This document shows positions 1 through 9,728 of a stretch of 33,965 nt of DNA, piece after piece. Source of the DNA: Thermoproteota archaeon (lineage in GTDB: Archaea; Thermoproteota; EX4484-205; JAAOZP01); assembly GCA_049700215.1 (NCBI GenBank), contig JBNAVT010000021.1:1-33965 (forward strand). The letters are read 5' to 3'. A program made the translations under genes and the position numbers. The notes below the pieces were generated by a model. The model was not told where the DNA came from and ran no database searches. It saw only the letters and a list, made by a program, of their open reading frames with translations. Numbering within the stretch: the first letter of the stretch is position 1; each line of letters opens with the position of its first letter.

Positions 1-725
1 TACTGCTGGTTTTGCATGACGCTTTGAAGCCTTACTACAAGCGGGCTATCAGTATCGCGCTGCCTATTGCTACTGTTGATTGCTCGCAACAGCTCTATGA
101 AGTTGCTTACCCTCTGCTGCGTGACTACTTCAGGAGACATCTTCTGCCTCATGTTTTTCAGCCTTGCTAGTATAGACTCCGTCTCCTTTATCTCCAAAAG
201 AGTTATGTCCAGGTTGGTCTCCAGCATTGTTTCAGCAGCCTTATAGCTTATCTCATCAACCTCGCCTGTTGAAAGCTGAACCTTATTTATAGATCTAACT
301 CTCGTAAGCGTGTCCAACCTTTGCTTAAGCTCCTCCTGCATCTTGCCGAGCTCTGAAGACAATTCGACGATCTTGTTGCTAAGCTCATTCATATCCTTGA
401 GATATGTTCCCTTAAGCTCGTCGTATATGTTTGAAGGTATCTGGTGCTCCTGCCTCAGGTTTTCAAGTGCCTCAAGCCTTCTCCTCGTTATCTCAACGCC
501 TCTTATCAGGCTCTCCGCCTTTATCTTCCAGAAGTTCTTCAGCAACACGTAGTCTTTCCCAGCCTCCACAGCCTCCCCTTCTACCTTTATGAAGCCCCCG
601 TTGGGCATCATTATGTAGAATTTTGAAGGCATGCCCCTCGGGTCTATTTCGAAGCCGACGAGTGTTCCTATTTCCCTGTCGTAAACATCCTTGACAGGTA
701 AGCCTAGAATCCTGCTGTTATCCAT
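1..725 (-). CDS. cdvA: Cell division protein CdvA (recruits ESCRT-III/CdvB); 3' end at the window edge
   Basis: Not in the ORF track. Manual translation from ATG at 725 gives 241 open codons followed by an incomplete TA codon at the edge: MDNSRILGLPVKDVYDREIGTLVGFEIDPRG...WKIKAESLIRGVEITRRRLEALENLRQEHQIPSNIYDELK...KVQLSTGEVDEISYK...DSPLVVRLQ. The PRC-barrel N-terminus, coiled coil and C-terminal beta-strand peptide match the Sulfolobus CdvA layout as I recall it. Confidence 0.9.
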   Translation of the reverse strand, partial: MDNSRILGLPVKDVYDREIGTLVGFEIDPRGMPSKFYIMMPNGGFIKVEGEAVEAGKDYVLLKNFWKIKAESLIRGVEITRRRLEALENLRQEHQIPSNIYDELKGTYLKDMNELSNKIVELSSELGKMQEELKQRLDTLTRVRSINKVQLSTGEVDEISYKAAETMLETNLDITLLEIKETESILARLKNMRQKMSPEVVTQQRVSNFIELLRAINSSNRQRDTDSPLVVRLQSVMQNQQ

Positions 726-748
726 CCTTAATGAGTTGTTTACGCGCG

Positions 749-757
749 TTTATTTAA
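749..757 (-). promoter_or_regulatory. Putative TATA box of cdvA
   Basis: TTAAATAAA on the minus strand starting 32 nt upstream of the cdvA ATG; spacing fits a near-leaderless archaeal transcript. Confidence 0.45.
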
Positions 758-844
758 CATAATTCTAAAAAGGCGTTGATAATATGCCACAATATTTTTG
801 ACATCCCACCTCTACCCCTTTTAAGACGAATAGTAATTTATTGA

Positions 845-3055
845 TTAATCGCTGAATTCGCCTAGGCTTGTTTGAACACCCTCCTCCCTAAGCCTCCTCT
901 CCCATTCTTCGCCACGTATCATCCCCCCAGCCTCCTTCTTAATGTTTAAAGCGAGTTTTTGACCTATGCCTGGTATTCTTGAAAGCTCCGCCACACTGGC
1001 CGAGGCTATGTCTGAAACCCTTTTGAAACCATGGTTGTAAAGCCTCCTCGCCCTAACCCTTCCAACCCCCTCTAACGAGGATGCTAGCTCAACAAGCTCA
1101 GGCTTGACGCCGTACTCTATTCTTGCCTCAAGCTCGCCGAATCTTTTTACAGCTTCAAAATCCTTCACCAGTCTAGCTATCTCCCTCGCCGAGTAAGCTA
1201 GCCATTGAGCCGTCTCCTTGCAGGCGTAAAGATCCCCCGGCTCAACACCCAGCCTAAGGTAAATATCGTCTTCGCTATACTCGTTTATCCACATCCAGAG
1301 TGTCGCCACCGTCTTATAGGTTTCCATCGGGTCGACATCCCCTATGTCCACGTAGAGCTCTTCCCCATGCCTGCCCACGAAATCCACCACGAAGGACTCG
1401 GTGGACCCGGTTACGCTGAACTTCGGCCTCATGTCGGGAGAAGCGCATATGAGGCTTAGCCCACTCACCTCGGTGAAGACACGCGGCTTATTCTTCAAAC
1501 CGTTGAGGAACATTATCCCAGTGGAGGGAGAGATGTACAGCTCTGATATTCTCCTACCCAGGGGCGTTGCCTCCAGAAAACCATTCCTCTCAACGATAAG
1601 CCCATCCTCCATCAGAATCTTAAGCACTCGCTTCACGCGGGTTGAAACTCCTTTCCCCTTCTGAACATGGTATAGAGTGTTTCGGAAAACTTCAAGTATG
1701 CTTTTAACGTCTGTAGCTATCCTGCTAGCTACGCATGCAAGCATTGCTGTCGAGAAGTATGTTCCTAGGCCGAGCTTAGAGGTTATTTTTTCAGCGGATG
1801 AGTCAACATACCTTGCGAAAAGGTAGTCAACATCATTCTCGTTCCTAGCGTAGATTACTGCTTCGCCAAACTCATCGTATTTCGGTCTCCCCGCTCTACC
1901 AGCCATCTGCTTGTACTCCATAACAGTTATCATGTTGCTAACGTGCGTTTCAGGGTCAAACCTGTTTACAGAGGTTACGCAAACAACTCTTGCAGGAAGA
2001 TTAACGCCCGCCGCAAGCGTGGGGGTTGCTGCTATGACTTTCAAAAATCTTTCTTTGAAAGCCTTCTCAATCGTTCTACGCTGGAATGTTGTCAACCCCG
2101 CGTGGTGGAACGCAGTCCCCTTTTCAACGACGCTCGCAAGGTCTTCACCGATTATCGTCGACTCGCTGTTCTCCCTTATCTCTGCAGCAAGCTCCCTAAG
2201 CTTCTCCCTCTCCCTTTCCGAGAGGTGTAGATAAGCTACTGAGGAAAGCTTTCTCGCCAAGTATACTGTCTTCTTCCTTGTTTCAACGAAGAAGAGGGCT
2301 TGCCCTCCTTCTCTAAGCGAATAGGCAAGTAGTGTGTGCAGGGGGTCGTCGAAGCCTCCATCCAGATCAACAATATTCCCATCGTTAAAAACAATTTTCG
2401 AATCGTAGAAAATGCCTTCCCTAAGGCTAACAGGCCTCCAGTCTGAGACAACGCATTTAGCGTCAAGCCATCTCGCAACTTCGTCAGCGTTGGAAACCGT
2501 GGCGCTTAAAGCTATGAGCTGTGCTTTAGGAAGAATCCTTCTAGTGAAGGATACTAGCGTCTCTATTCCTGGGCCACGGTCCTCAGAGTCAACGTAATGA
2601 ATCTCGTCAAATATTACAAGCTTTACTTCACCTATCCATCTGGGCCTATGCCTGATTATGGAATCGAACTTTTCATAGGTTGCAATAATCACATCATAGT
2701 CGGCGAGCTCCTCCGCATTGGAATCATAGTCTCCAGTCGCTAGAGCTACTTTAACACCCCCTTTCAAGCCCCTAATCTTCCGGAAAATATTGAAATCAAC
2801 ATATTTCTCCCAAGCTATTGCCCTGAGCGGCACCAGGTATACTGTTTTACCACCCTCGTTTTCAAGCTTGTGTATTGCAGCCAGCTGTGCTACCAGCGTT
2901 TTACCAGAGGCTGTTGGCACAGCCAGCAGAAGGTTCTCCCCTTTAAACAGCCCTGCCCTGACAGCCTGTTCCTGCGGCGGGTAAAGCGTTTTAAAACCTG
3001 CCTTAAGAAGCTCGTTCCTAGCCTCCTCGCTTATCGGCAGCTCTATTAGCTCCAT
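845..3055 (-). CDS. hel308: Ski2-like SF2 DNA helicase Hel308/Hjm
   Basis: Q-motif LYPPQ, Walker A PTASGKT, DEIH, SAT, motif V TPTLAAGVNLPA, motif VI QMAGRAGRP, C-terminal HhH motifs (LEGVGRVRAR, IPGIGQK); 736 aa. Confidence 0.95.
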   Translation of the reverse strand: MELIELPISEEARNELLKAGFKTLYPPQEQAVRAGLFKGENLLLAVPTASGKTLVAQLAAIHKLENEGGKTVYLVPLRAIAWEKYVDFNIFRKIRGLKGGVKVALATGDYDSNAEELADYDVIIATYEKFDSIIRHRPRWIGEVKLVIFDEIHYVDSEDRGPGIETLVSFTRRILPKAQLIALSATVSNADEVARWLDAKCVVSDWRPVSLREGIFYDSKIVFNDGNIVDLDGGFDDPLHTLLAYSLREGGQALFFVETRKKTVYLARKLSSVAYLHLSEREREKLRELAAEIRENSESTIIGEDLASVVEKGTAFHHAGLTTFQRRTIEKAFKERFLKVIAATPTLAAGVNLPARVVCVTSVNRFDPETHVSNMITVMEYKQMAGRAGRPKYDEFGEAVIYARNENDVDYLFARYVDSSAEKITSKLGLGTYFSTAMLACVASRIATDVKSILEVFRNTLYHVQKGKGVSTRVKRVLKILMEDGLIVERNGFLEATPLGRRISELYISPSTGIMFLNGLKNKPRVFTEVSGLSLICASPDMRPKFSVTGSTESFVVDFVGRHGEELYVDIGDVDPMETYKTVATLWMWINEYSEDDIYLRLGVEPGDLYACKETAQWLAYSAREIARLVKDFEAVKRFGELEARIEYGVKPELVELASSLEGVGRVRARRLYNHGFKRVSDIASASVAELSRIPGIGQKLALNIKKEAGGMIRGEEWERRLREEGVQTSLGEFSD

Positions 3056-3056
3056 C

Positions 3057-6000
3057 TCAACGCTTTATTCTCCTAACGGTATCCTCATCCGGAAACATTA
3101 TCACACCCTGCTCCCTCATCTGCTCTATAAGCTTGTAGAATTCATCCGGCTCAATCTTCTTATCTACACACCTTCTTCTAAGCTCGCTTAAAGAGGCTTT
3201 TCCAATCTCAGCCTCAAGGTTCTCTATCTCCTTGAGAATTATTCGCACCTTCTCCCACCTGCTCCTAGACCTGCCTGTCATAAGGATGTCTATGTCTATC
3301 TTCCCTGAGGAGACGTCCAGCCCGGCTGTTCTCAAACTATAGTCCATCAGCCTTATTGCTGCTTCTGCATCCTCCACAGTAACCTCCTCCTTCAACAAGA
3401 CCCTGGCCCTTGCAACGCTAAGCCTTATCAGAGACTCGAGGTGCCTTGGAGTTATAGGTATTGGTGCATTCGCCTCCTGGCTGCTGCTTCTCAACTGTAG
3501 GAAAAAGTTTTTGATTCTCTCAGTGGCTTCGGGTGACAGCTTCGGGGTTATTTTCTTACAGTAAGCCAAGTATTTTCTAAGCATGCTTGGAGGTATAGTC
3601 TGGTCACCGTAATCATAGGTCTCCATGTGAAGCTGCAGAATATGGTCTGAAAGCTTAGCGTCCCCCTCCTTATCCGGTCTGTCTTTTATTATGAAGTATA
3701 GGTCGAACCTTGAAAGCAGTGTCGAGGGGAGATCAACGTTCTCGCTGAAATTAAGGCTGTCGTCATACCTGCCGTAAACCGGGTTCGCCGCCGCAAGTAT
3801 TGCTGTCCTCGCGTTCAGAGTCGCCACTATCCCCCCCTTAGCTACGCTTACAGTATTATGCAACAGGACTCCATGGCTTATGAAATTATGCGTGGGTTCA
3901 ACTGTGACATCATATACCCAGTCAGTCCTGTATCGCCCTCTGTTTGGAATTAGTCGTACTTTCTTTATTTTTAAGAATCTGATATTCTGTTTAAGAATTT
4001 CATTAAGTTTAACAATATTCTGCTCAGCCTTCGTTATATTCAAGGTCACTACCTCCTTCGCTTTTTTAAGCAACTCAACCCTCATATTCTCGTTGTAACC
4101 GCCCCTTTCACAGTAGTCTATCAGGCTGCGGTTTACAAGCATATTATTGCCAAGCCTTTGTTGAGACCAGTTGACCAGCGATCTAAGCTCACGCATCGAA
4201 GAAACGGACATTAGACCTTTTTCGATCTCTTCAACACGTTTATTGAGTCTATTAAGAAAATTGTTGGCAACGTTGATCGTTATGCCATACCCTCTGTTCA
4301 TATGCTCATAGAAATAGCCGTCGTTTCTCAATCCCAGAGTCCTGTATGACTCATTAATGAGATGAGCGAAGCTGGTGGGAATGATGTCATGATGACGGTT
4401 TACCTTTCGACTTCTCTCCGCCATCATAGATATTCTGCAAATCCTACTATCGTTTGGATCAATTATTTCATCCTTAAAGCGGGTGATGGAGTCTCCAGTA
4501 ATATAGACTTTAAAGCTATTGTTACTCCTGTCTCTTACTATTCGGGAAGCTATACCGAGTCTGAGAAGGAGGTCTTGGTAATCCTCAGCCAAACCCTTTG
4601 AGGCAGTACGGTAACAAATAGCCGTTGACTCGACACTCCCGTCCCCAAGAAAAGCTGTTTTTAGGAAATCCTTGACAAGATGAGCTGGAGCTGAAAACAT
4701 CTTTGATGGTACACGTTTCTGTCTGGCTTTCCGCATGATTTCTGGAAAGTTAAGCTCAAACCACTTAAACAGCCTGGATGAAACATATCTTAGAGATGGA
4801 ACACCGTATGAGCTAACACCAGTTGTGCATGTTATTCCGAAAGCCTTATCCATAAGGGTTTTCATTTCGTTTAAGATCAATGGATTGTTGTTCGTAAAAA
4901 GGATCTCGCAACACGAACCGCGATAGAAACAACCTTCACTTATTAGGTAGCCGAGTATCCTAGCAACTTCAGGGCTAAGCTGTGTTGGAAGTACTACTTC
5001 CTTCTCCCGCGCATCCATCGGTGGCAAGGTGAGGAGTAGCGAAGCACTTTCGTTTTCAGCAATCATCCTGGGAGCCGGCACTAGATCTCCCTCCTTTACG
5101 TCTATGGCGTTGACAACCGTTAAGCCTCTCTCTCTAAAGACATAAACTGGATGCTCAGGCGTAACTAATATTCGTCTTCCATTCGAATAAGTTATGCTCA
5201 CAAAGAAATCTGGTGCAGTATGCCTACTTACTCTATCTATACGGAGTCTTCTAATGAGGCCTGATTCTAACTCGATCGAATAGATTTCATCCGCAACCGG
5301 CTGAGGAAGAATTTCACAGTTTACGCCTTGAACCTTTTTAGACTCGAATCTTTTGAATAAATCATCCACGTACTCGCCTATCCTGATCTTTCTTCCGCTT
5401 GCTAACAGTATCTCGGTTGATGGATGGTAGGACTGCTGCTCCATCGCCTCGTGTATCGAAACCCTGTCCTCTGCCTTCATCTTCTCAAACTCGTCTATCG
5501 CAGCTATCCCCTTGTCAGCGAGCACAACTGCTCCTGCTTCCAGCGTGAAGCTTCCAGTCTTGTCCCTGACAACAGCAGCCGTGAGGCCTGCTGCTGTAAC
5601 ACCTCTACCGGAAGTATACAATCCTCTCGGAGCAATCCTTTGAACATACTTGAGAAGCTGGCTTTTAGCCGTCCCAGGGTCCCCTATGAGAAGCAGGTTT
5701 ATGTCACCCCTTACAGTGACACCGTCAGGATATGTTCTCCTGACCCCGCCCACCATTTGAAGAAGGATCGCCTCCTTAACCTCCTCCAAACCGTAGATTG
5801 AAGGAGCTATGGAGCGTATCAGCTTCTGATATATCCAAGGGTCTCTGCTCATCTCTCTAATCTTCTTCTCCTCCTCAGGGCTAACAGTAACCTCTCCAAG
5901 CTCCTGGGTTAATGCTTCTATGTAGTTGACTTCAATCGTCAGTGTGAAAGTACTGTACTGAAGGTTCTTCACAGGGTGTCTATCAGGCATTGCAACCACT

Positions 6001-6695
6001 ACACCGGTTATCTGAACCCTGTCGCCAGGCCTAACCCTGTCTGTTAAGTCACCTGTCAGCCTGAGGCTTATGCTGTGGGGCATGACCCCGGCGGGAAGGT
6101 CCTCAGGCTTCTCTTGAACCCTTATCTCCTGATAGTCTATGAACCTGGATTGGTCTTGAAGCAACTCAAAGTTACCGAGCCTGCTTGTCCCACAAACCTC
6201 GCAGCGAGGCGCCTTCAGGATCATTCCTGTCTGAGGCTCCTCGTAAACCCTGCCGCACGTCTTACATCGGAAAACACCCTTGGAAAGTATGCTTTTTATC
6301 TCAGATATCCTCACTACAACCCCCTCGAAGCAAACTAGTCTACCCAGCAGGCTTGACTTTATGTCCCTTATGGAGATCCTTTTTCCAAGACCCCTTACCC
6401 TTACTGAGACCTCCTGTATTTTTGAAGCATAATCCTTGTCTAAGCTGCTCAGGAGGGAGAGAGCCACCCTGTTCATTTCCTCCAGGATAGACGGGTTTTC
6501 AACAAGCTCCTCAACCATTTCCCTGCTGTAGGAGAGCATGTCTTGGAAATCTATTACGATGGAGGCTCCCCCCAGGGACGGTAGGGAAGCTATCTGTTCG
6601 TAATACTTTCTCTCACCATTCTCATCCCTAAAGTTGCGAATAAAGTCTAGGAAGAGGCTCTCGACAGGCATCTTGGCTTTAACTCCGCTACTCAT
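3057..6695 (-). CDS. mcm: Replicative helicase MCM precursor with an intein (686-aa extein plus 526-aa intein)
   Basis: Zn finger CKTC...CEVC, Walker A GDPGTAKS, Walker B IDEFEKM, arginine finger SRFD, sensor-2 ITPRHLESLIR, C-terminal wHTH. Confidence 0.97.
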   Translation of the reverse strand: MSSGVKAKMPVESLFLDFIRNFRDENGERKYYEQIASLPSLGGASIVIDFQDMLSYSREMVEELVENPSILEEMNRVALSLLSSLDKDYASKIQEVSVRVRGLGKRISIRDIKSSLLGRLVCFEGVVVRISEIKSILSKGVFRCKTCGRVYEEPQTGMILKAPRCEVCGTSRLGNFELLQDQSRFIDYQEIRVQEKPEDLPAGVMPHSISLRLTGDLTDRVRPGDRVQITGVVVAMPDRHPVKNLQYSTFTLTIEVNYIEALTQELGEVTVSPEEEKKIREMSRDPWIYQKLIRSIAPSIYGLEEVKEAILLQMVGGVRRTYPDGVTVRGDINLLLIGDPGTAKSQLLKYVQRIAPRGLYTSGRGVTAAGLTAAVVRDKTGSFTLEAGAVVLADKGIAAIDEFEKMKAEDRVSIHEAMEQQSYHPSTEILLASGRKIRIGEYVDDLFKRFESKKVQGVNCEILPQPVADEIYSIELESGLIRRLRIDRVSRHTAPDFFVSITYSNGRRILVTPEHPVYVFRERGLTVVNAIDVKEGDLVPAPRMIAENESASLLLTLPPMDAREKEVVLPTQLSPEVARILGYLISEGCFYRGSCCEILFTNNNPLILNEMKTLMDKAFGITCTTGVSSYGVPSLRYVSSRLFKWFELNFPEIMRKARQKRVPSKMFSAPAHLVKDFLKTAFLGDGSVESTAICYRTASKGLAEDYQDLLLRLGIASRIVRDRSNNSFKVYITGDSITRFKDEIIDPNDSRICRISMMAERSRKVNRHHDIIPTSFAHLINESYRTLGLRNDGYFYEHMNRGYGITINVANNFLNRLNKRVEEIEKGLMSVSSMRELRSLVNWSQQRLGNNMLVNRSLIDYCERGGYNENMRVELLKKAKEVVTLNITKAEQNIVKLNEILKQNIRFLKIKKVRLIPNRGRYRTDWVYDVTVEPTHNFISHGVLLHNTVSVAKGGIVATLNARTAILAAANPVYGRYDDSLNFSENVDLPSTLLSRFDLYFIIKDRPDKEGDAKLSDHILQLHMETYDYGDQTIPPSMLRKYLAYCKKITPKLSPEATERIKNFFLQLRSSSQEANAPIPITPRHLESLIRLSVARARVLLKEEVTVEDAEAAIRLMDYSLRTAGLDVSSGKIDIDILMTGRSRSRWEKVRIILKEIENLEAEIGKASLSELRRRCVDKKIEPDEFYKLIEQMREQGVIMFPDEDTVRRIKR
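3855..5432 (-). mobile_element. Intein with LAGLIDADG homing endonuclease in MCM (site AMEQQ|TVSVAK)
   Basis: Starts SYHPSTEILL; block B VTPEHPVY; LAGLIDADG motifs ILGYLISEG and FLKTAFLGDG; ends VYDVTVEPTHNF...VLLHN followed by Thr. Removing it restores the conserved HEAMEQQTVSVAKGG. Confidence 0.95.
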
Positions 6696-7227
6696 CTGTA
6701 TACATTAACCCCCGACGCCACCCGTTTAAAGCTTCCTTTAAAAGATTATAGAGGAACTTCTCCTCGGGCTGAAGCTTTTCAAGAAGACCCGTAGGAGGAT
6801 CCTTTAAAAACACTAGTTTAATAATCTTCCGAACCCTTATATCCATTATCTCCTGGAGATCGTTTTGAATCACGTTTTTCCTATCGTCCCTATGTGTCTG
6901 CGCAAGTTTAGCGGCTCTTATGTAAAAGTAATCAGGCAGCTTGATGAGCCCTTCCTCAGAGGCCTCGAGCCACCTCATTGCAGCAACGTCTTTCATCGTT
7001 AAAGGCTCCTCCCCCAGCCTCACTAAGCCTGAATCTGCCAGCTGGCACGCTATCCCCCTGGAAACCCTTATGGCTCTCCCCCTCTCAATGAGGAGCTCCC
7101 CCAATCCGGGTAGTTTAAGGCTCTTTGAATCAACCTGGGGGATCGCCACAGTCTCCTCCAGCTCGTATTCAAGCCTTATCCTCTTTAACTCGCTGCTTAT
7201 CACCCATTCCAACAACTCTATGCCCAC
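6688..7227 (-). CDS. GINS subunit, Gins23 (Psf2/Psf3-like)
   Basis: Overlaps the mcm start. Small beta-domain followed by a helical domain with LIKLPDYFY and EIMDIRVRKII...LQPEEKFLY. Start placed at GTG 7227 because the ORF-track start (7278) falls in the divergent promoter region. Confidence 0.8.
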   Translation of the reverse strand: MGIELLEWVISSELKRIRLEYELEETVAIPQVDSKSLKLPGLGELLIERGRAIRVSRGIACQLADSGLVRLGEEPLTMKDVAAMRWLEASEEGLIKLPDYFYIRAAKLAQTHRDDRKNVIQNDLQEIMDIRVRKIIKLVFLKDPPTGLLEKLQPEEKFLYNLLKEALNGWRRGLMYTDE

Positions 7228-7296
7228 GCTGGCCAAACCTTGTTTAACCGTGTAAGCGAAACATTTAACTTTAAACAACCACTATTTCCGCTAACG

Positions 7297-8259
7297 ATGA
7301 GTGTAGCTGATCTCCTATGGGTGGAGAAATACAGGCCCAGGTCTCTCGATGAAATAATTGACAGGGAAGAGGTTGTGAGCAGGCTCAAATCCTTCATTAA
7401 AATAGGCAATGTTCCCAACATGCTTTTCGTAGGACCCCCAGGTACTGGGAAAACAACTGCAGCACTGGCTCTTGTAAACGATCTGTACCAGGGTTCCTCG
7501 TCTGGAAGATTCCTGGAGCTTAACGCTTCCGACGAGAGGGGTATAAACACGATAAGGGAGGTTGTCAAGGATTTCGCGAGAAGCAGGCCTTCAACAGGCG
7601 TTCCTTTTAAGATACTGATACTTGATGAGAGCGACAATATGACTCAGGATGCTCAACAGGCTCTTAGGAGAATAATGGAGAGGTATGCTTCTGTAACGAG
7701 GTTTATCCTCCTGGCTAATTACCAGTGGGGAATAATAGAGCCTATTCAATCTAGATGCGCAGTCTTCAGATTTCCACCATTGAGCCCAACACATATAAGA
7801 GAGGGTCTGATAAGGGTTCTTGAAAAAGAGGGGGTCTCCTGGTCTGAAGAAGCGTTGGAAGAAATAATTAAGGCTTCAAGAGGAGATATGAGGAAAGCGA
7901 TCAATATAGCCCAGTCTGCATCGGGCGGTTCTAAGAGACTCACGAAGGAGAACATCCTGCAGGTTGTTGGTGTTCTTCAGCCTAGGGAAATAAGGGAGAT
8001 GATAAATGAGGCGTTGAAGGGAGATTTTGCCTCTGCGAGGAGGAGGCTTGCTAAGCTTCTATTCGATGACGGTTTATCGGCAAACGATGTTCTAAGGGAA
8101 ATGAATACTGAACTAATGTCTGTTGATATGGATGAGAGGAAGAGGCTTCAGGTTGTAAACGCTTTGGGCGAAGCCAACTTCAGAGTGTCGATGGGTGCTG
8201 ATGCTGAGATACAGATAAGCACCGTGTTGGCTGCTCTGGCGACTGATTTTCAGAAATGA
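7297..8259 (+). CDS. rfcS: Replication factor C small subunit
   Basis: WVEKYRP, GPPGTGKT, ELNASDERG, ILDESD, SRC motif. Likely start ATG 7297 (MSVADLLWVEKYRP). No intein. Confidence 0.96.
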   Translation: MSVADLLWVEKYRPRSLDEIIDREEVVSRLKSFIKIGNVPNMLFVGPPGTGKTTAALALVNDLYQGSSSGRFLELNASDERGINTIREVVKDFARSRPSTGVPFKILILDESDNMTQDAQQALRRIMERYASVTRFILLANYQWGIIEPIQSRCAVFRFPPLSPTHIREGLIRVLEKEGVSWSEEALEEIIKASRGDMRKAINIAQSASGGSKRLTKENILQVVGVLQPREIREMINEALKGDFASARRRLAKLLFDDGLSANDVLREMNTELMSVDMDERKRLQVVNALGEANFRVSMGADAEIQISTVLAALATDFQK

Positions 8260-9488
8260 GCGGTTCAAAACTAAGCTGGGTGGAGAAATATAAGCCGAAG
8301 ACTCTAGACGAGATAGTTGGCAATGACGCGGCGAAGAAGGATTTTCTAGACTGGCTTCAAAAATGGGATGAGCGCGGCAAGGCTGCTTTGCTCCACGGCC
8401 CGCCCGGCGTTGGTAAAACCATACTGGTTGAGGTTGCAGCCTCCACGCTAGGCTACAGGCTAATAGAGACGAATGCAAGCGATACTAGGAGGGGGGACTA
8501 CTTGGAGAACGTTATTAAGCCAGCGGCCTTCAACAGGAGCCTGTTCAGCAGTAGGTTGATGATATTTTTCGACGAGGTAGACGGTATTTCAAGGGAGGAC
8601 TCGGGTGCCTTAAATTTTATTCTTGAGCTTATAGAGTCATCTAGGGTGCCGATTGTTATGGCTGCGAACGACCCCTGGTCTCAAAACCTGTATAGAATAA
8701 GGGACAGGGTCTACATGATTCAAATGCACCGGGTAAGGGCGCAAAGCATGGTTAAAAGACTCAGGGATATTTGCAGGAGTGAGGGAGCTAGGTGTAAGCA
8801 GGAGGTTCTCATGCTAATCGCGGAACGCTCAGAAGGAGATATGAGGGCTGCGATAGAAGACTTAGAGCTCCTTTACTCATCTCGTGAAGAAGTGGATCTT
8901 GAGGAAGCGGATAGAATACTATCTTACAGGAACGTTGAACAAAACATTTTTGAAACGCTTAGAATGGTTATTTTCGCTCCAAACCTGGAAAAAGCTTCAA
9001 CATCGTTATCGTCTGCAGAGGAGAGGCCTGAAGACATGCTCGAATGGGTTTTTGAAAACATTCCCCATGTTTCACCCAGACAATCGCTCTACCAGTCTTT
9101 AAGGTACGTTGCCGAGGCCGACGCGCTTTTTAAACAAATATCGAAAAACTCGATGTGGAGGATCTTGCCATGCTTCTATCATAAGTTGGCCAGTGCTTTC
9201 CTAGTTATACCTCAGAAAAGCAGGGTTAGCTTCTCGTTTCCGAACAGAATGAGGGAGAGGTTTAAAAGGTTTCAGCATGAGAAAAACTTGAGAGAACTCG
9301 AATCCTTCTTCATGAAGGAGCTTCACGTAGGCAGGTCTGCTTTCAGAAGGGATTTCATCCCGCTGCTCCGCGTCCTCTCTAAGAATGATGATTTTAGAAG
9401 CAGCCTGCTTAACCGGCTGGTTGACCAGCGTTTAAAGGAGCTTTACAGCTCGCTTATTCTCAGAGAGGCTCGCAAGAGGTTTTCTTAA
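8256..9488 (+). CDS. rfcL: Replication factor C large subunit
   Basis: WVEKYKP, GPPGVGKT, ETNASD, FFDEVD, GDMRAAI; ATGA overlap with rfcS. Confidence 0.93.
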   Translation: MSGSKLSWVEKYKPKTLDEIVGNDAAKKDFLDWLQKWDERGKAALLHGPPGVGKTILVEVAASTLGYRLIETNASDTRRGDYLENVIKPAAFNRSLFSSRLMIFFDEVDGISREDSGALNFILELIESSRVPIVMAANDPWSQNLYRIRDRVYMIQMHRVRAQSMVKRLRDICRSEGARCKQEVLMLIAERSEGDMRAAIEDLELLYSSREEVDLEEADRILSYRNVEQNIFETLRMVIFAPNLEKASTSLSSAEERPEDMLEWVFENIPHVSPRQSLYQSLRYVAEADALFKQISKNSMWRILPCFYHKLASAFLVIPQKSRVSFSFPNRMRERFKRFQHEKNLRELESFFMKELHVGRSAFRRDFIPLLRVLSKNDDFRSSLLNRLVDQRLKELYSSLILREARKRFS

Positions 9489-9726
9489 CCAGGCTCAGCA
9501 ACAGGCGAATATTCGGGTTTCCCTGGTTTAACACGTATATTCTAATTCTTCCGAAAGACTTTTCGTTTACCAGCCCCATTTCAACCATCCTGCTAACCCT
9601 CTTTTTCACAACGCTGTGGTTTAGATTAGTCTGCCTTATTATTTCAGACAGGCTCATCTCCCCGTTTCTAAGCAGTCTCCAGAATATTCTCGAGCCGCTC
9701 ACAGAGCTCGATACCTCCTCGAGCAT
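9460..9726 (-). CDS. Small winged-helix DNA-binding protein (ArsR-like) downstream of cdc6
   Basis: MSLSEIIRQTNLNHSVVKKRVSRMVEMGLV...FGRIRIY is an HTH-plus-wing pattern; starts 2 nt after the cdc6 stop. Confidence 0.75.
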   Translation of the reverse strand: MLEEVSSSVSGSRIFWRLLRNGEMSLSEIIRQTNLNHSVVKKRVSRMVEMGLVNEKSFGRIRIYVLNQGNPNIRLLLSLVKKTSCEPL

Positions 9727-9728
9727 GC

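Noticed and set aside
310-626. Plus-strand ORFs 310-552 and 444-626
   Set aside because: Antisense shadows of cdvA.
7240-7296. Overlapping N-terminal extensions of rfcS and gins in the ORF track
   Set aside because: They lie in the AT-rich divergent promoter region; conserved protein sequence starts further in.
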